Source of the DNA: Candidatus Latescibacterota bacterium
Lineage (GTDB): Bacteria > Latescibacterota > UBA2968 > UBA8231
DNA length: 64,000 bases
Reading direction: 5' to 3'
Assembly: GCA_964291625.2 (NCBI GenBank)
Contig: OZ220089.1
Location: 704,001 to 768,000, forward strand
A program made the position numbers and the translations under genes. Below are positions 1 to 8,468 of the stretch, one piece after another (the stretch's first letter is position 1; each line of letters starts with the position of its first letter). The notes below the pieces were generated by a model. The model had not been told where the DNA came from, did no database searches, and saw only the letters and a list, made by a program, of their open reading frames with translations.

Positions 1-1299
1 GGCGCCCCCACACAGGGGGCCCGGTGGATATTCGATCACCCGGAGTACATCCTGAGGGACCTCCCGCCGGGGCCGCTGAGCAAGCCGGGCAACACCCTCG
101 ACTTCTCGTTCCGCGAGGTGAGGGACTTCCACTTCGGGGCGATCGAGGAGATCGCGCGCCGTTTCGACGTGGACGGCATCGAGATCACCTTCCGCAGCGA
201 CAATCACTTCCCCTACCCCCGCTCGATCTCCCGGGAACGACAGCCCCTGATGACGGAGCTGATGCAACGGATCCGCCACATGCTGGACGACGAGGCGCGC
301 AACAAGGGCAGGGAACTGCTTCTCGGCGTCCGTGTTCCGGAGACCGTCGACGAGTGCCACGACTGCGGCCTCGATCTCCCCACGTGGATCACCACCGGTA
401 TCCTCGACTACGTCAGCCCGGCCAACTCCATGTACTCCAACCACAACGCGCGATGGGAGGAGTTCTCGAGGCTCACGAGAGGGACCGCCTGCCGCCTGCT
501 TCCGGGAGTCCTGCCGTTCTGCTCGGCCACCGACTCGCGGAGCGACACCGTCCCCTGGGCGCTCCAGCCGCATACCGGCGAGAGCGGCACGAGGGACCAC
601 GTGGCGTTCCAGTCCCGGGTCTACCTGCGTCCCATGACCTCGGACAACTACCGCGCCCTCGCCAACAACATGTACGGAGCCGGGGCCGACGGCGTGTCGA
701 GCTTCAACTTCCAGGAGCAGTACACGGGGAATCTCATCGGCGGGTTCCCCGTAAAACTGGCCCTGCTCAGGGAGCTCAAGGACCCCGAAGCGATCAAGGC
801 ACGCCACCGCACCTACCTGTTCCGGTCGATGCTCGGAGGGGTGGACTACCACGGCGCGCCCGGCATGGCTTCGACCGGCGCCATCAAGGACGACAAGATC
901 GTCCCGAGCCGCGAGGCGCCCCGCGTCCGTCACGAGTACCGGCTGCGTCTGTGCGAGCAGTGGGACGAAGTCGGCCACGCCAGCATGGTGGTCCGCGCCC
1001 AGGACCTTCGGCCCGGAGAGCGTCTGGCCTTCGACATGAACGGGGTGACGATCCCCGACGAGAGCGTCCGGCGGATGTGGCACTCGGACGGCCGCTCCAC
1101 CAACATCGGGCGTCCGCTCCCGGCCTATTCGACCCTCATGTTCGACCTCGGCACGGACTACATGCTCGATGGGGACAACACCCTCGGCGTAAGCCTGGCA
1201 GAGGTCGAAGACGGCCTCGGTGGCGATATCGTCATCGACGAGATCGACGTCACCGTGATGCCCTCATGGTCCGAGCCAACGGAAAGGAGCCACTCGTGA
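1..1299 (+). CDS. 5'-truncated glycoside hydrolase-like (GHL10/DUF187-type TIM barrel) protein
   Basis: Frame is open from base 1 (…HPEYILRD…LDFSFREVRDFHFGAIEEIARRFDVDGIEITF), matching the LDFxxxEVR…DVDGIExxF pattern of GHL10-like proteins. Stop overlaps the next start (GTGA). Confidence 0.6.
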   Translation, partial: GAPTQGARWIFDHPEYILRDLPPGPLSKPGNTLDFSFREVRDFHFGAIEEIARRFDVDGIEITFRSDNHFPYPRSISRERQPLMTELMQRIRHMLDDEARNKGRELLLGVRVPETVDECHDCGLDLPTWITTGILDYVSPANSMYSNHNARWEEFSRLTRGTACRLLPGVLPFCSATDSRSDTVPWALQPHTGESGTRDHVAFQSRVYLRPMTSDNYRALANNMYGAGADGVSSFNFQEQYTGNLIGGFPVKLALLRELKDPEAIKARHRTYLFRSMLGGVDYHGAPGMASTGAIKDDKIVPSREAPRVRHEYRLRLCEQWDEVGHASMVVRAQDLRPGERLAFDMNGVTIPDESVRRMWHSDGRSTNIGRPLPAYSTLMFDLGTDYMLDGDNTLGVSLAEVEDGLGGDIVIDEIDVTVMPSWSEPTERSHS

Positions 1300-2438
1300 A
1301 GATCACCCAGGTCGAGGCAATCCCCTTCGCCAGCTTCCTCTACGTCCGGATCGATACCGACGAGGGCGTGCACGGCATCGGCGAGGCCAGCCTCAGCGGC
1401 CGCAACCGGGCCGTGGCCGCCGCCTTCGACCACATCACCCCCCTGCTGATCGGCCAGGACGCCACCCGGATCGAGTTCATCTGGCAGGACCTGTTCCGGG
1501 GCACCTTCTGGCGCGGCGGACCGGTGCTGCAGTCGGCGCTGGCCGGCGTCGACCTGGCGCTGTGGGACCTCAACGGCAAGGCCCTCGGCGTGCCCGCGTA
1601 CCGCCTCCTCGGAGGCCGGGCCCGCGACAAGGTCCTCCTCTACCGGCACGTCGGCGGCGCCACGCCGGAAGGGCTGGTCGAGAGCTCCCGGGCCCTGCTC
1701 GACGAGGGCTGGAAGGTGTTGCGCATCTCGCCGATCGTCGCCGGCCGCGGCATGGACCACGTCCCCGAGGTCGGCTTCGACCCGCGCCGTGCGATCCTCA
1801 ACGGCGTCGCTCACATGACCGCCCTGCGCGAGGCCGTGGGGCCGGAGGTGGAGATCATCTTCGAGGTCCACACGCGGCTGTCGCCGGCGCGCGCCGTCGA
1901 GCTGTGCCGGCAGCTGGAGGGGCTGCGGCCGTTCTTCGTCGAGGATCCGATCCGCTCGGAGAACCCCGGGGCCTTCCGCACCCTGCGCGAGCAGACCTCG
2001 GTGCCGATCGGCACCGGCGAGCAGCTCCACGACAAGTGGGCCTACCGCGAGCTGATCGAGGGCGAGTTGATCGACTATCTGCGCGTCGACATCTGCCACA
2101 CGGGCGGGATCACCGAGGGCCGCAAGCTGGCCCACATGGCCGAGGTCCACTACCAGGAGCTGGCCACCCACTACACGGCGAGCCCGGTGAGCTCGGCGGC
2201 CATGCTGCACCTGAACCTGTCGATCGCCAACTGCGCCGTGCAGGAGTTCGCGCCGCCATCGGCGGCCATGGACGAGGTCGTGGACCACGACCTGCGCGTC
2301 GAGGACGGGTACCTGCTGGCCTCGGACCGGCCGGGGCTGGGGATCGACCTCGACGTGGAGGCGGCCCGGCGGCTCGGCGCCAACGATGGCGAGCCGCCCC
2401 ACCTGCGCCGGCCGGACGGGGCCGTGCAGGACTGGTAG
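1296..2438 (+). CDS. Mandelate racemase/muconate lactonizing enzyme family acid-sugar dehydratase (galactonate dehydratase-like)
   Basis: GTG start after RBS GGAAAGGAG. Motifs MKITQVE…TDEGVHGIGE, GVDLALWDLNGK…P.YRLLGG, FFVEDP, GTGEQL, PGLGID. Confidence 0.9.
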   Translation: MKITQVEAIPFASFLYVRIDTDEGVHGIGEASLSGRNRAVAAAFDHITPLLIGQDATRIEFIWQDLFRGTFWRGGPVLQSALAGVDLALWDLNGKALGVPAYRLLGGRARDKVLLYRHVGGATPEGLVESSRALLDEGWKVLRISPIVAGRGMDHVPEVGFDPRRAILNGVAHMTALREAVGPEVEIIFEVHTRLSPARAVELCRQLEGLRPFFVEDPIRSENPGAFRTLREQTSVPIGTGEQLHDKWAYRELIEGELIDYLRVDICHTGGITEGRKLAHMAEVHYQELATHYTASPVSSAAMLHLNLSIANCAVQEFAPPSAAMDEVVDHDLRVEDGYLLASDRPGLGIDLDVEAARRLGANDGEPPHLRRPDGAVQDW

Positions 2439-2510
2439 GGCCGGCGGCGGGATCGCGCTGGCGGACGAGCACCTGTATCGGCGGGACCTTCCTATGGCGC
2501 CGCGGGCCGG

Positions 2511-3317
2511 CTACGCCGAGAAACCGCCGAAACCCGCGGCGTACCCGGCGAGCACGGCGTCGGGGTCGTGATCGCTGCCGGGGGCGTGGATCACCTCGAC
2601 CGAGAACCAGCCGTCGTACCCGGCGGCCTCCAGCAGGCGCACCGGCGAGGCGTGGTCGATGACCCCGTCGCCGAGGCCGCAGACCTGCATGCGGCCGTCG
2701 ACGTAGCGGCCGTCGTGGGCGTGGAGGTGCCGCGTCAGCGGGCCGATGGCCCGGAAGGACTCCTCCGGCGTCTCCATCATGCGCTGGGTATGCATCACGT
2801 CCCACAGGACCTGCACGGCCGGGTGGTCGACGGCCTCGATGACGGCCCGCACCGGCGCCGAGCAGCACCAGTCGTCGTGGGTCTCCATCAGCACCGTGAC
2901 CCCCGCCGCCCCGGCCTCGGCCGCCACCTGGCGGTAGCCCTCGGCCGTGTGCTCCACCGCGGCGGCCAGCTCCCCCGCGTGGCCCCGGGCGCCGCCGAAG
3001 GTGCGCAGGAGCCCGCAGCCGAGGTCGGCGGCCAGCTCGATGTAGCGGCGCACGTCCTCGACGTGGTCCGCCCGCTCCGGTTCCGCCACGGCCATGCGGG
3101 CGCCGGTGGCGATGCAGCAGATCTCCAGCCCCTCGTCGGCGAAGCGGCGCCTCACCTCGGCGCGTTCCGCCTTGGACAGGCCGGCCTCGATGCCGCTGGC
3201 GTGGCCCCACTCGACGCGCGGCTCCAGGCCCTTGTACCCGTGGCGCTTCATGCCGGCCACGACCTCGTACAGGCGCCAGTCGGGGCAGACGCTGGTCATC
3301 GTCGCCAGGTCGGTCAT
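2511..3317 (-). CDS. Sugar phosphate isomerase/epimerase (xylose isomerase-like TIM barrel)
   Basis: ATG at 3317 after AGGAGAG. Motifs GYKGLE, LMETHD, WDVMH, HLHAHD, FSVE. Confidence 0.85.
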   Translation of the reverse strand: MTDLATMTSVCPDWRLYEVVAGMKRHGYKGLEPRVEWGHASGIEAGLSKAERAEVRRRFADEGLEICCIATGARMAVAEPERADHVEDVRRYIELAADLGCGLLRTFGGARGHAGELAAAVEHTAEGYRQVAAEAGAAGVTVLMETHDDWCCSAPVRAVIEAVDHPAVQVLWDVMHTQRMMETPEESFRAIGPLTRHLHAHDGRYVDGRMQVCGLGDGVIDHASPVRLLEAAGYDGWFSVEVIHAPGSDHDPDAVLAGYAAGFGGFSA

Positions 3318-3427
3318 CGCTCTCCTCTCTTTGTGGGGCGCGGGCATCCGCGCCGTCTGCGGGGGCGGCAATCTAAGGACCGGCGCGGGGCGCCGGCTAC
3401 GGGGCGTCGTGCGGACGCCGTTGGCCC

Positions 3428-3690
3428 GGGGGTGAGGTGCTCAACCGGCTGCCATGGCGGCAACCCCTTCAGCGCAGCCGAGAGCCGGGCTCCGTTGGCC
3501 TCGGCTCGGGCAGTCGCGGCAGAAGCCGCCTCAAGTCTCGGCGCAGAGCCGGGCGCCTTGCGGCCTGACCCGGGCGAGCCTGGATGGAGGACACGGCCCC
3601 CGGGCGCCTGCATGACCGGGGTTGGTGTCCTCAACCGGCTGCCCCGGCGGCAACCCATTCGGGCCGCGTCAAAGAGCTTGGGACGTGCAG
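3428..3690. repeat. Two imperfect ~45-60 bp direct repeats with hairpin potential, 190 bp apart
   Basis: CTCAACCGGCTGCC(AT/CC)GGCGGCAACCC starts at 3440 and again at 3630, in an intergenic region. Confidence 0.6.
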
Positions 3691-3757
3691 TTAAATCGGC
3701 CCCTGCGAGCCACGGCTCGTGCAGTTCCGCGGCTCCGGCCCGCCTCGGCGGAGCCCT

Positions 3758-4453
3758 TCAACCCTCGGCGAAGAGCCGGGCCCCGTGCTTGCCGCGGCCC
3801 ACCACGGCGAGGCCCTCCACGGCCCGCAGGCAGTAGGTCACACGCGCCGCCAGGGTCGGGCTCAGGCCCGCGGCCTCGGCCAGCCCCCGGTTGGTGAAGG
3901 GCCGGGGCAACTCCCCGGCCGGGGGCAGCAGGGCCAGCAGACGGGCCGGCGTCGACAGGTCGCAGCGGCGCACCACCTTCAGCAGGCGGCGGTCGGTGCG
4001 CCGCCACTCCGGGTGCCGCCAGGAGCCGCCGCCGTCGTAGCACCGTACCTCCTCCTCCTGGATCAGCAGCACCTCCAGGGCGAAGGCCGGACGGGCCGGC
4101 AGGTCGGGGATGCTCACCAACTCGTGGAAGACGTCCTCCACCCGTCCCCGCTTCGGGGACTTGCGCCGGCCCAGGCGCTCCCCCTCGCCGTCGACGCGCA
4201 GGATCCACTTCTCCGCCGCGATGGGGTGGACCAGACGCACCCGCCGCCGCTCGGTGAGCCGCCGCAGCTTGGCCTTCAGGGGCGCGAAGCTGCGGGTCTG
4301 GATCTCCACCAGCAGGTCGTCGTCGCGCTCGATGTCGACGACGTAACCGTCGACCCGGGTCTCCAGGCGGTCCTGGGGACGGGCGTACCAGGACTTGACC
4401 GCGGCGTGCAGGGAACGCTCGCGCAGGACGCCGATGTGCGGGGGGGCCGGCAA
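3758..4453 (-). CDS. Hypothetical protein with PD-(D/E)xK-like (CoiA-type) nuclease motif and possible C-terminal HTH
   Basis: ERSLHAAVK…E…VDGYVVDI…VEIQT. C-terminus PFTNRGLAEAAGLS…A…YCL looks like an HTH. RBS GGAGGT precedes the TTG start. Confidence 0.65.
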   Translation of the reverse strand: MPAPPHIGVLRERSLHAAVKSWYARPQDRLETRVDGYVVDIERDDDLLVEIQTRSFAPLKAKLRRLTERRRVRLVHPIAAEKWILRVDGEGERLGRRKSPKRGRVEDVFHELVSIPDLPARPAFALEVLLIQEEEVRCYDGGGSWRHPEWRRTDRRLLKVVRRCDLSTPARLLALLPPAGELPRPFTNRGLAEAAGLSPTLAARVTYCLRAVEGLAVVGRGKHGARLFAEG

Positions 4454-4600
4454 TCCACCTCCGGGACGGACGCGCCGTCCTGTGGATGGACCCGGGGAGA
4501 GGGGGTGCGGGGGGGATGCGGCCTGGGGGAGCCGCTGGATCGAAGATAGGGACCCCGCGCCCGGGGTGCCGGGTGGCCGACGAGACTCCCCCCCATGGCC

Positions 4601-6952
4601 TCAGGCTGCTCCGGAACCTCCGGTGGCCATGCGGTAGCCGACGCCGCGCTCCGTCAGGATGCAGGTCGGCTGGCCGCCATCCTCGCCGAGCTTGCGGCGG
4701 AGGCCCATCACGAAGGTGCGCACCAGCGCCGGGTTCACAGAGTCCTTCTCTGCCCACACCTGGCGGATCAGCGAGTCGTACGTGACGACCCGTCCGGCGT
4801 GGACCGAGAGCAGGCGCAGCAGTTCGTACTCGGTGGCCGTCAACGTCACGGGATGGCCGCCCACGGTCACCCGGCGGTGCTTGTAGTCGATGGCCAGCTC
4901 CCCGAGCACGAAGGATTCCGGTTCCTGTCGGCGAAGGGCCGCCCGGATCCGGGCGGTCAGCTCCGTCGGCGTGAAAGGCTTGACGATGTAGTCGTCGGCC
5001 CCGGTCTCCAGCGCCCGGGCGATGGTTTCGTCCCTGCCGTAGGCGGAGATGAAGATCACCGGCCGGTCCGCCAGTTCGGGGACGCTTTCCATCAGTTCGA
5101 TGCCGTCGGTCTCGGGCAGCAGCAAGTCCAGCAGGACCAGCTGGGGTTTCTCGGCGCGCAGGATGCGCGACAGGTCCCGAGCATCCCCGGTCACGATCGG
5201 GTCGTAGCCCGCGTCCTCGAGAGCCTCCCGCATGAAGCGCAGGGCCAGCGGGTCGGCGTCCACCACCAGGATGCGTGTCCGCTCGCGTCCGGGGTGCGCC
5301 CGGGGCCGGGCGTCTTCGGCCGCGGCACCGTCGCCGGCCTCTCCGGCCACCGGAACGGAAAAGGTGAATTGGGCGCCCTGGCCCACCCCGCCGCTGGCGG
5401 CCCATATGCGGCCGCCGTGGGACTCCACCAGTCCCCTGCAGATGGCCAGGCCCAGCCCGGTGCCCCGCAGCCCGCGCTCCCCCGCGCTGTCGAGGCCGGT
5501 GTACTTCTGGAACAGGCGCGGCAATTCCTCGGCCGACAGGCCCCGGCCCTCGTCGGAGACCGAGATCGCCACGTACACGTCATCGAGCTGCGCGGCGATC
5601 CGAATGGGCGCCGACTCGGGCGAGTGCCGGGCGGCGTTGGCCAGCAGGTTGTTCAGGATTTGTACGATGCGCGCCCGGTCGGCCATCACCCGGGGCAGGT
5701 CCGGCGGCAGGTCGATCAGGACGGTGTGCCGGCTGCCCCCGCTCAGGAACGTGGTTCGGGCCTGATCCACCAGGACCGCCACCTCGGAGGATTCCGGGGT
5801 CACCGACAGGGTGCCGGCCTCGATGCGCCCGGCGTCCAGCAGGTCGCGGATCAGGCTCCGCATGTGGTCGGCCTGCTCGTCGATGAGCCGGAAGAACTGC
5901 AGCATCTCGGCCGACGGCGGCACCGGCGAGGCCCCCAGCACGGTGGCGGTGGAGCCCTTGATCGAGGTCAGCGGGGCCCCTAGCTCGTGGCTCACCAGGC
6001 CCAGGAACTCGGACCGCAGGCGCTCCAGCTCCTCCAGCGGGCTCAGGTCCTGCAGGGTGACGACCACCGACTCGACCTCGCCGCCCTCGGAGCGGATCGG
6101 GGTGCCGTTGATCAACGTCCGCACCCGCCGCCCGTCGGGCACCTCGAGGACGATCTCCTCGGCGCGCACCGTCTCGCCGGTGCTCAGGGCCTGCGCCATG
6201 GACAGGTTTTCCAGAGAGACCTCCTGGCCGTCCGCCCGCCGGAAGGTCAGGACCTCCAGCAGTTGCTCCAGCGAGCGGCCCGGCAGGCGCAGACCTTGGA
6301 CGATCCGCCCCGCCTCCCGGTTGAACGACACGGGCCGGCCGCTCCGGGCGTCGAAGACCACCACCCCCACCGGCGAGGTGTCGACCAGGGCCTCCAGGTC
6401 GGCCCGGGCCCGCTGCTCGTCCCGGTGTGCGCGGGCATTGGCGATGGCCAAGGCCGCCTGCGAGGCGAACAGCTTCAGGATCTCTTCGTCCTCGGGGGTG
6501 AACTCGCCTCCCCCTTCCTTGTCGCCGAGGAAGAAGCTGCCCACGTCCACCTCCCGATGCCGCATCGGCGTGCCCTGGAAAGTCTTCGGCAGCTGCGGCA
6601 TCGAGGAAAAGCCGAGGGACCGGACGTAGCCGTTCAGGTCGGGTAGTCTCAGGGATCCCGACAGGCTCCGGAGGTGCTCGAACAGACGCGGGCCGTCGGG
6701 CCACTCGACCAACTGCCGGTGCTCCTCGGGGCCTATTCCCGAACTGACGAAGTCCTGGACATGCCCCGCCTCGTCCACGGTGGTGATGACGCCGCGCCGG
6801 GCGCCGGTCAGGGCGCGGGCGCCGTCCAGGACCTCGCGCAGGACCGCATCGGGCTCGAGACTGGCGTTGAGGCGCAGGATCGCCGCGCTCAGCCGGACCA
6901 CGAGGTCGCGCTGAGCCTCGATCTCCGGCCTCCGCTGCGGATCTGTCTTCAA
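4601..6952 (-). CDS. Cytoplasmic hybrid sensor kinase/response regulator: GAF-PAS-HisKA-HATPase-REC-OmpR winged helix
   Basis: H-box VSHELGAPLTSIKG, N-box NLLANA, DEGRG, GTGLGL; REC LLDLLLP…ISA…VKPF; wHTH LTATEYELL…LRRKLG…TERGVGY. Likely TTG start at 6952 after GAAGGAAGG; ORF extends to 7048. Confidence 0.9.
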   Translation of the reverse strand: MKTDPQRRPEIEAQRDLVVRLSAAILRLNASLEPDAVLREVLDGARALTGARRGVITTVDEAGHVQDFVSSGIGPEEHRQLVEWPDGPRLFEHLRSLSGSLRLPDLNGYVRSLGFSSMPQLPKTFQGTPMRHREVDVGSFFLGDKEGGGEFTPEDEEILKLFASQAALAIANARAHRDEQRARADLEALVDTSPVGVVVFDARSGRPVSFNREAGRIVQGLRLPGRSLEQLLEVLTFRRADGQEVSLENLSMAQALSTGETVRAEEIVLEVPDGRRVRTLINGTPIRSEGGEVESVVVTLQDLSPLEELERLRSEFLGLVSHELGAPLTSIKGSTATVLGASPVPPSAEMLQFFRLIDEQADHMRSLIRDLLDAGRIEAGTLSVTPESSEVAVLVDQARTTFLSGGSRHTVLIDLPPDLPRVMADRARIVQILNNLLANAARHSPESAPIRIAAQLDDVYVAISVSDEGRGLSAEELPRLFQKYTGLDSAGERGLRGTGLGLAICRGLVESHGGRIWAASGGVGQGAQFTFSVPVAGEAGDGAAAEDARPRAHPGRERTRILVVDADPLALRFMREALEDAGYDPIVTGDARDLSRILRAEKPQLVLLDLLLPETDGIELMESVPELADRPVIFISAYGRDETIARALETGADDYIVKPFTPTELTARIRAALRRQEPESFVLGELAIDYKHRRVTVGGHPVTLTATEYELLRLLSVHAGRVVTYDSLIRQVWAEKDSVNPALVRTFVMGLRRKLGEDGGQPTCILTERGVGYRMATGGSGAA

Positions 6953-7096
6953 GGGTCGACCCTTCCTTCGAACCCGCCAGGCGGAAACCCGGTCGAATGC
7001 TCCGGGTCGTCGCCAGCGGCTGGAGCCGGTTGGGACAAGCCGCGGCACGGCCGTCCCCCCGGTTCAAACGAAAATACCAGATATATTACCGTGAAC

Positions 7097-7151
7097 CTTA
7101 CACAAAACACACGCTAAACTCACACAAATTTCATAGAGAATTCCCTATCTT
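7097..7151 (+). promoter_or_regulatory. Four 11-bp tandem boxes (PhoB/OmpR-type) followed by a -10 element TATCTT
   Basis: CTTACACAAAA/CACACGCTAAA/CTCACACAAAT/TTCATAGAGAA at 7097, 7108, 7119, 7130. TATCTT at 7146-7151. AT-rich patch in GC-rich DNA. Confidence 0.55.
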
Positions 7152-7360
7152 TGGTTCCACCGAACTGAACTACGGCGTCGCGGCCTCCACATGGTGAGCA
7201 CCCGGGGGGTAAGAGTTGCGGCGCTCGGGGGCGGCCTCCTCCAAGGGCAGCCGCTCTCACTCACCTCAAGCGGGAGGATCGCCGGGACTCCGGCCTCGAT
7301 CACCAGGAATGGTTGTGCATTGGAGGGCCTCTTGTCCAACGGATCAACGGCGAAGAGACC

Positions 7361-7591
7361 ATGGACGGCCGTGTGGTGCTGGTGGCCCTTGGGATGAGCC
7401 CGACAGGTCTGTCGTCCGGGGAGCCGCTCCCCGCGACCGAGCTGGCCGAACGGACCGAGCTGGAGGACGAGGTGAGCATCGCCGACTTGCCCGAACCGGA
7501 GTTCGCCACCGGACTGACTCGGCTGCAACTCGGGGCGCATGCGTACCCCAGAGAGAACGGGACACGGACTTGTCGCCGCGGTCGGGCCTGA
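7361..7591 (+). CDS. Small hypothetical ORF, possibly a degenerate paralogue of the next gene's N-terminus
   Basis: Hydrophobic N-terminus; shares PLPATE with the 7629 protein. Weak support. Confidence 0.25.
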   Translation: MDGRVVLVALGMSPTGLSSGEPLPATELAERTELEDEVSIADLPEPEFATGLTRLQLGAHAYPRENGTRTCRRGRA

Positions 7592-7628
7592 CCGGCCGGG
7601 CCGACCTCAACGCAGGAGAGCACATCCT

Positions 7629-8468
7629 ATGCGCACTCACATCCACCACCTGACCGCGGCCCTTGCGGCCGCCCTGATCGCCTGGAGCGGCCCGGCCCCC
7701 TTGCCGGCCACCGAGTACGAGGTCAGCGACTACCTGCCCCTGGCGGTGGGCAACTCCTGGACCTTTCGGCACGAAGTGTATGATCTCTATTCGGCCCATG
7801 TAGGGGGAGAGCGCCCCCTCGGCGTCTTTCATGGCGGTGCCTTTGACGTTCTGCCACCGACGAGGTACGTCACGATCACGGTGGAACGAACGGAGGTGAT
7901 TGGCGACACGACGTATTACGTGCTGTCGCATATGCCGGAGGGCGACTTTGCGCCGCCGCCGCCACACTGCCCGGTGGGGAAAACGCTGCGCTGGAAGGGT
8001 AGCGAGTTGATGGAGCGCACCGACACCGGCGAGCGGTCTTTCTTCCGCTTCGAGGGGCCCAAGACCTACACGATTCCGCTGACGCACGGAGACGACGAAG
8101 TGGAACGGGGCGGATCGGCGACGAGTGACACCTACCCCGTGCCCGGAATCAGCTTCGGGTTCTCCGGCAACAACGCCTTTGACTGGCTTGATGAGTTCGA
8201 ACCGGGGTGGACCGCGGTGCGAGGGGTCGGGTTCCTGGCCGGATACGGTCTCGACGTATGCACGGAGTATGCCCGGGGCTCGGATTACCATGTCTTCGAG
8301 AACGACTTCATCCCCCACGCCGCCACGTTGGTCGTGGAGAACGAGGGCGGTGCGAGCGGCCAAAGTGGTAGCACCCGCACAGTGAACTATGGGGACGCGA
8401 GAAGGGGCCGAGCGCGGTCGGGCGTGTCCTCCTCGACCTGGGGCCAAGTGAAGGGAGAAGCACGATGA
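7629..8468 (+). CDS. Secreted hypothetical protein with C-terminal STWGQVK motif
   Basis: RBS AGGAGAG, signal peptide, DYLPLAVGNSWTF motif, ends SSSTWGQVKGEAR. ATGA overlap with the next gene. Confidence 0.75.
   Translation: MRTHIHHLTAALAAALIAWSGPAPLPATEYEVSDYLPLAVGNSWTFRHEVYDLYSAHVGGERPLGVFHGGAFDVLPPTRYVTITVERTEVIGDTTYYVLSHMPEGDFAPPPPHCPVGKTLRWKGSELMERTDTGERSFFRFEGPKTYTIPLTHGDDEVERGGSATSDTYPVPGISFGFSGNNAFDWLDEFEPGWTAVRGVGFLAGYGLDVCTEYARGSDYHVFENDFIPHAATLVVENEGGASGQSGSTRTVNYGDARRGRARSGVSSSTWGQVKGEAR

Noticed and set aside
24-1295. N-terminal extension of the 804-aa ORF
   Set aside because: Arg/Pro-rich shadow of the frame-1 gene; the real enolase-family gene starts at GTG 1296.
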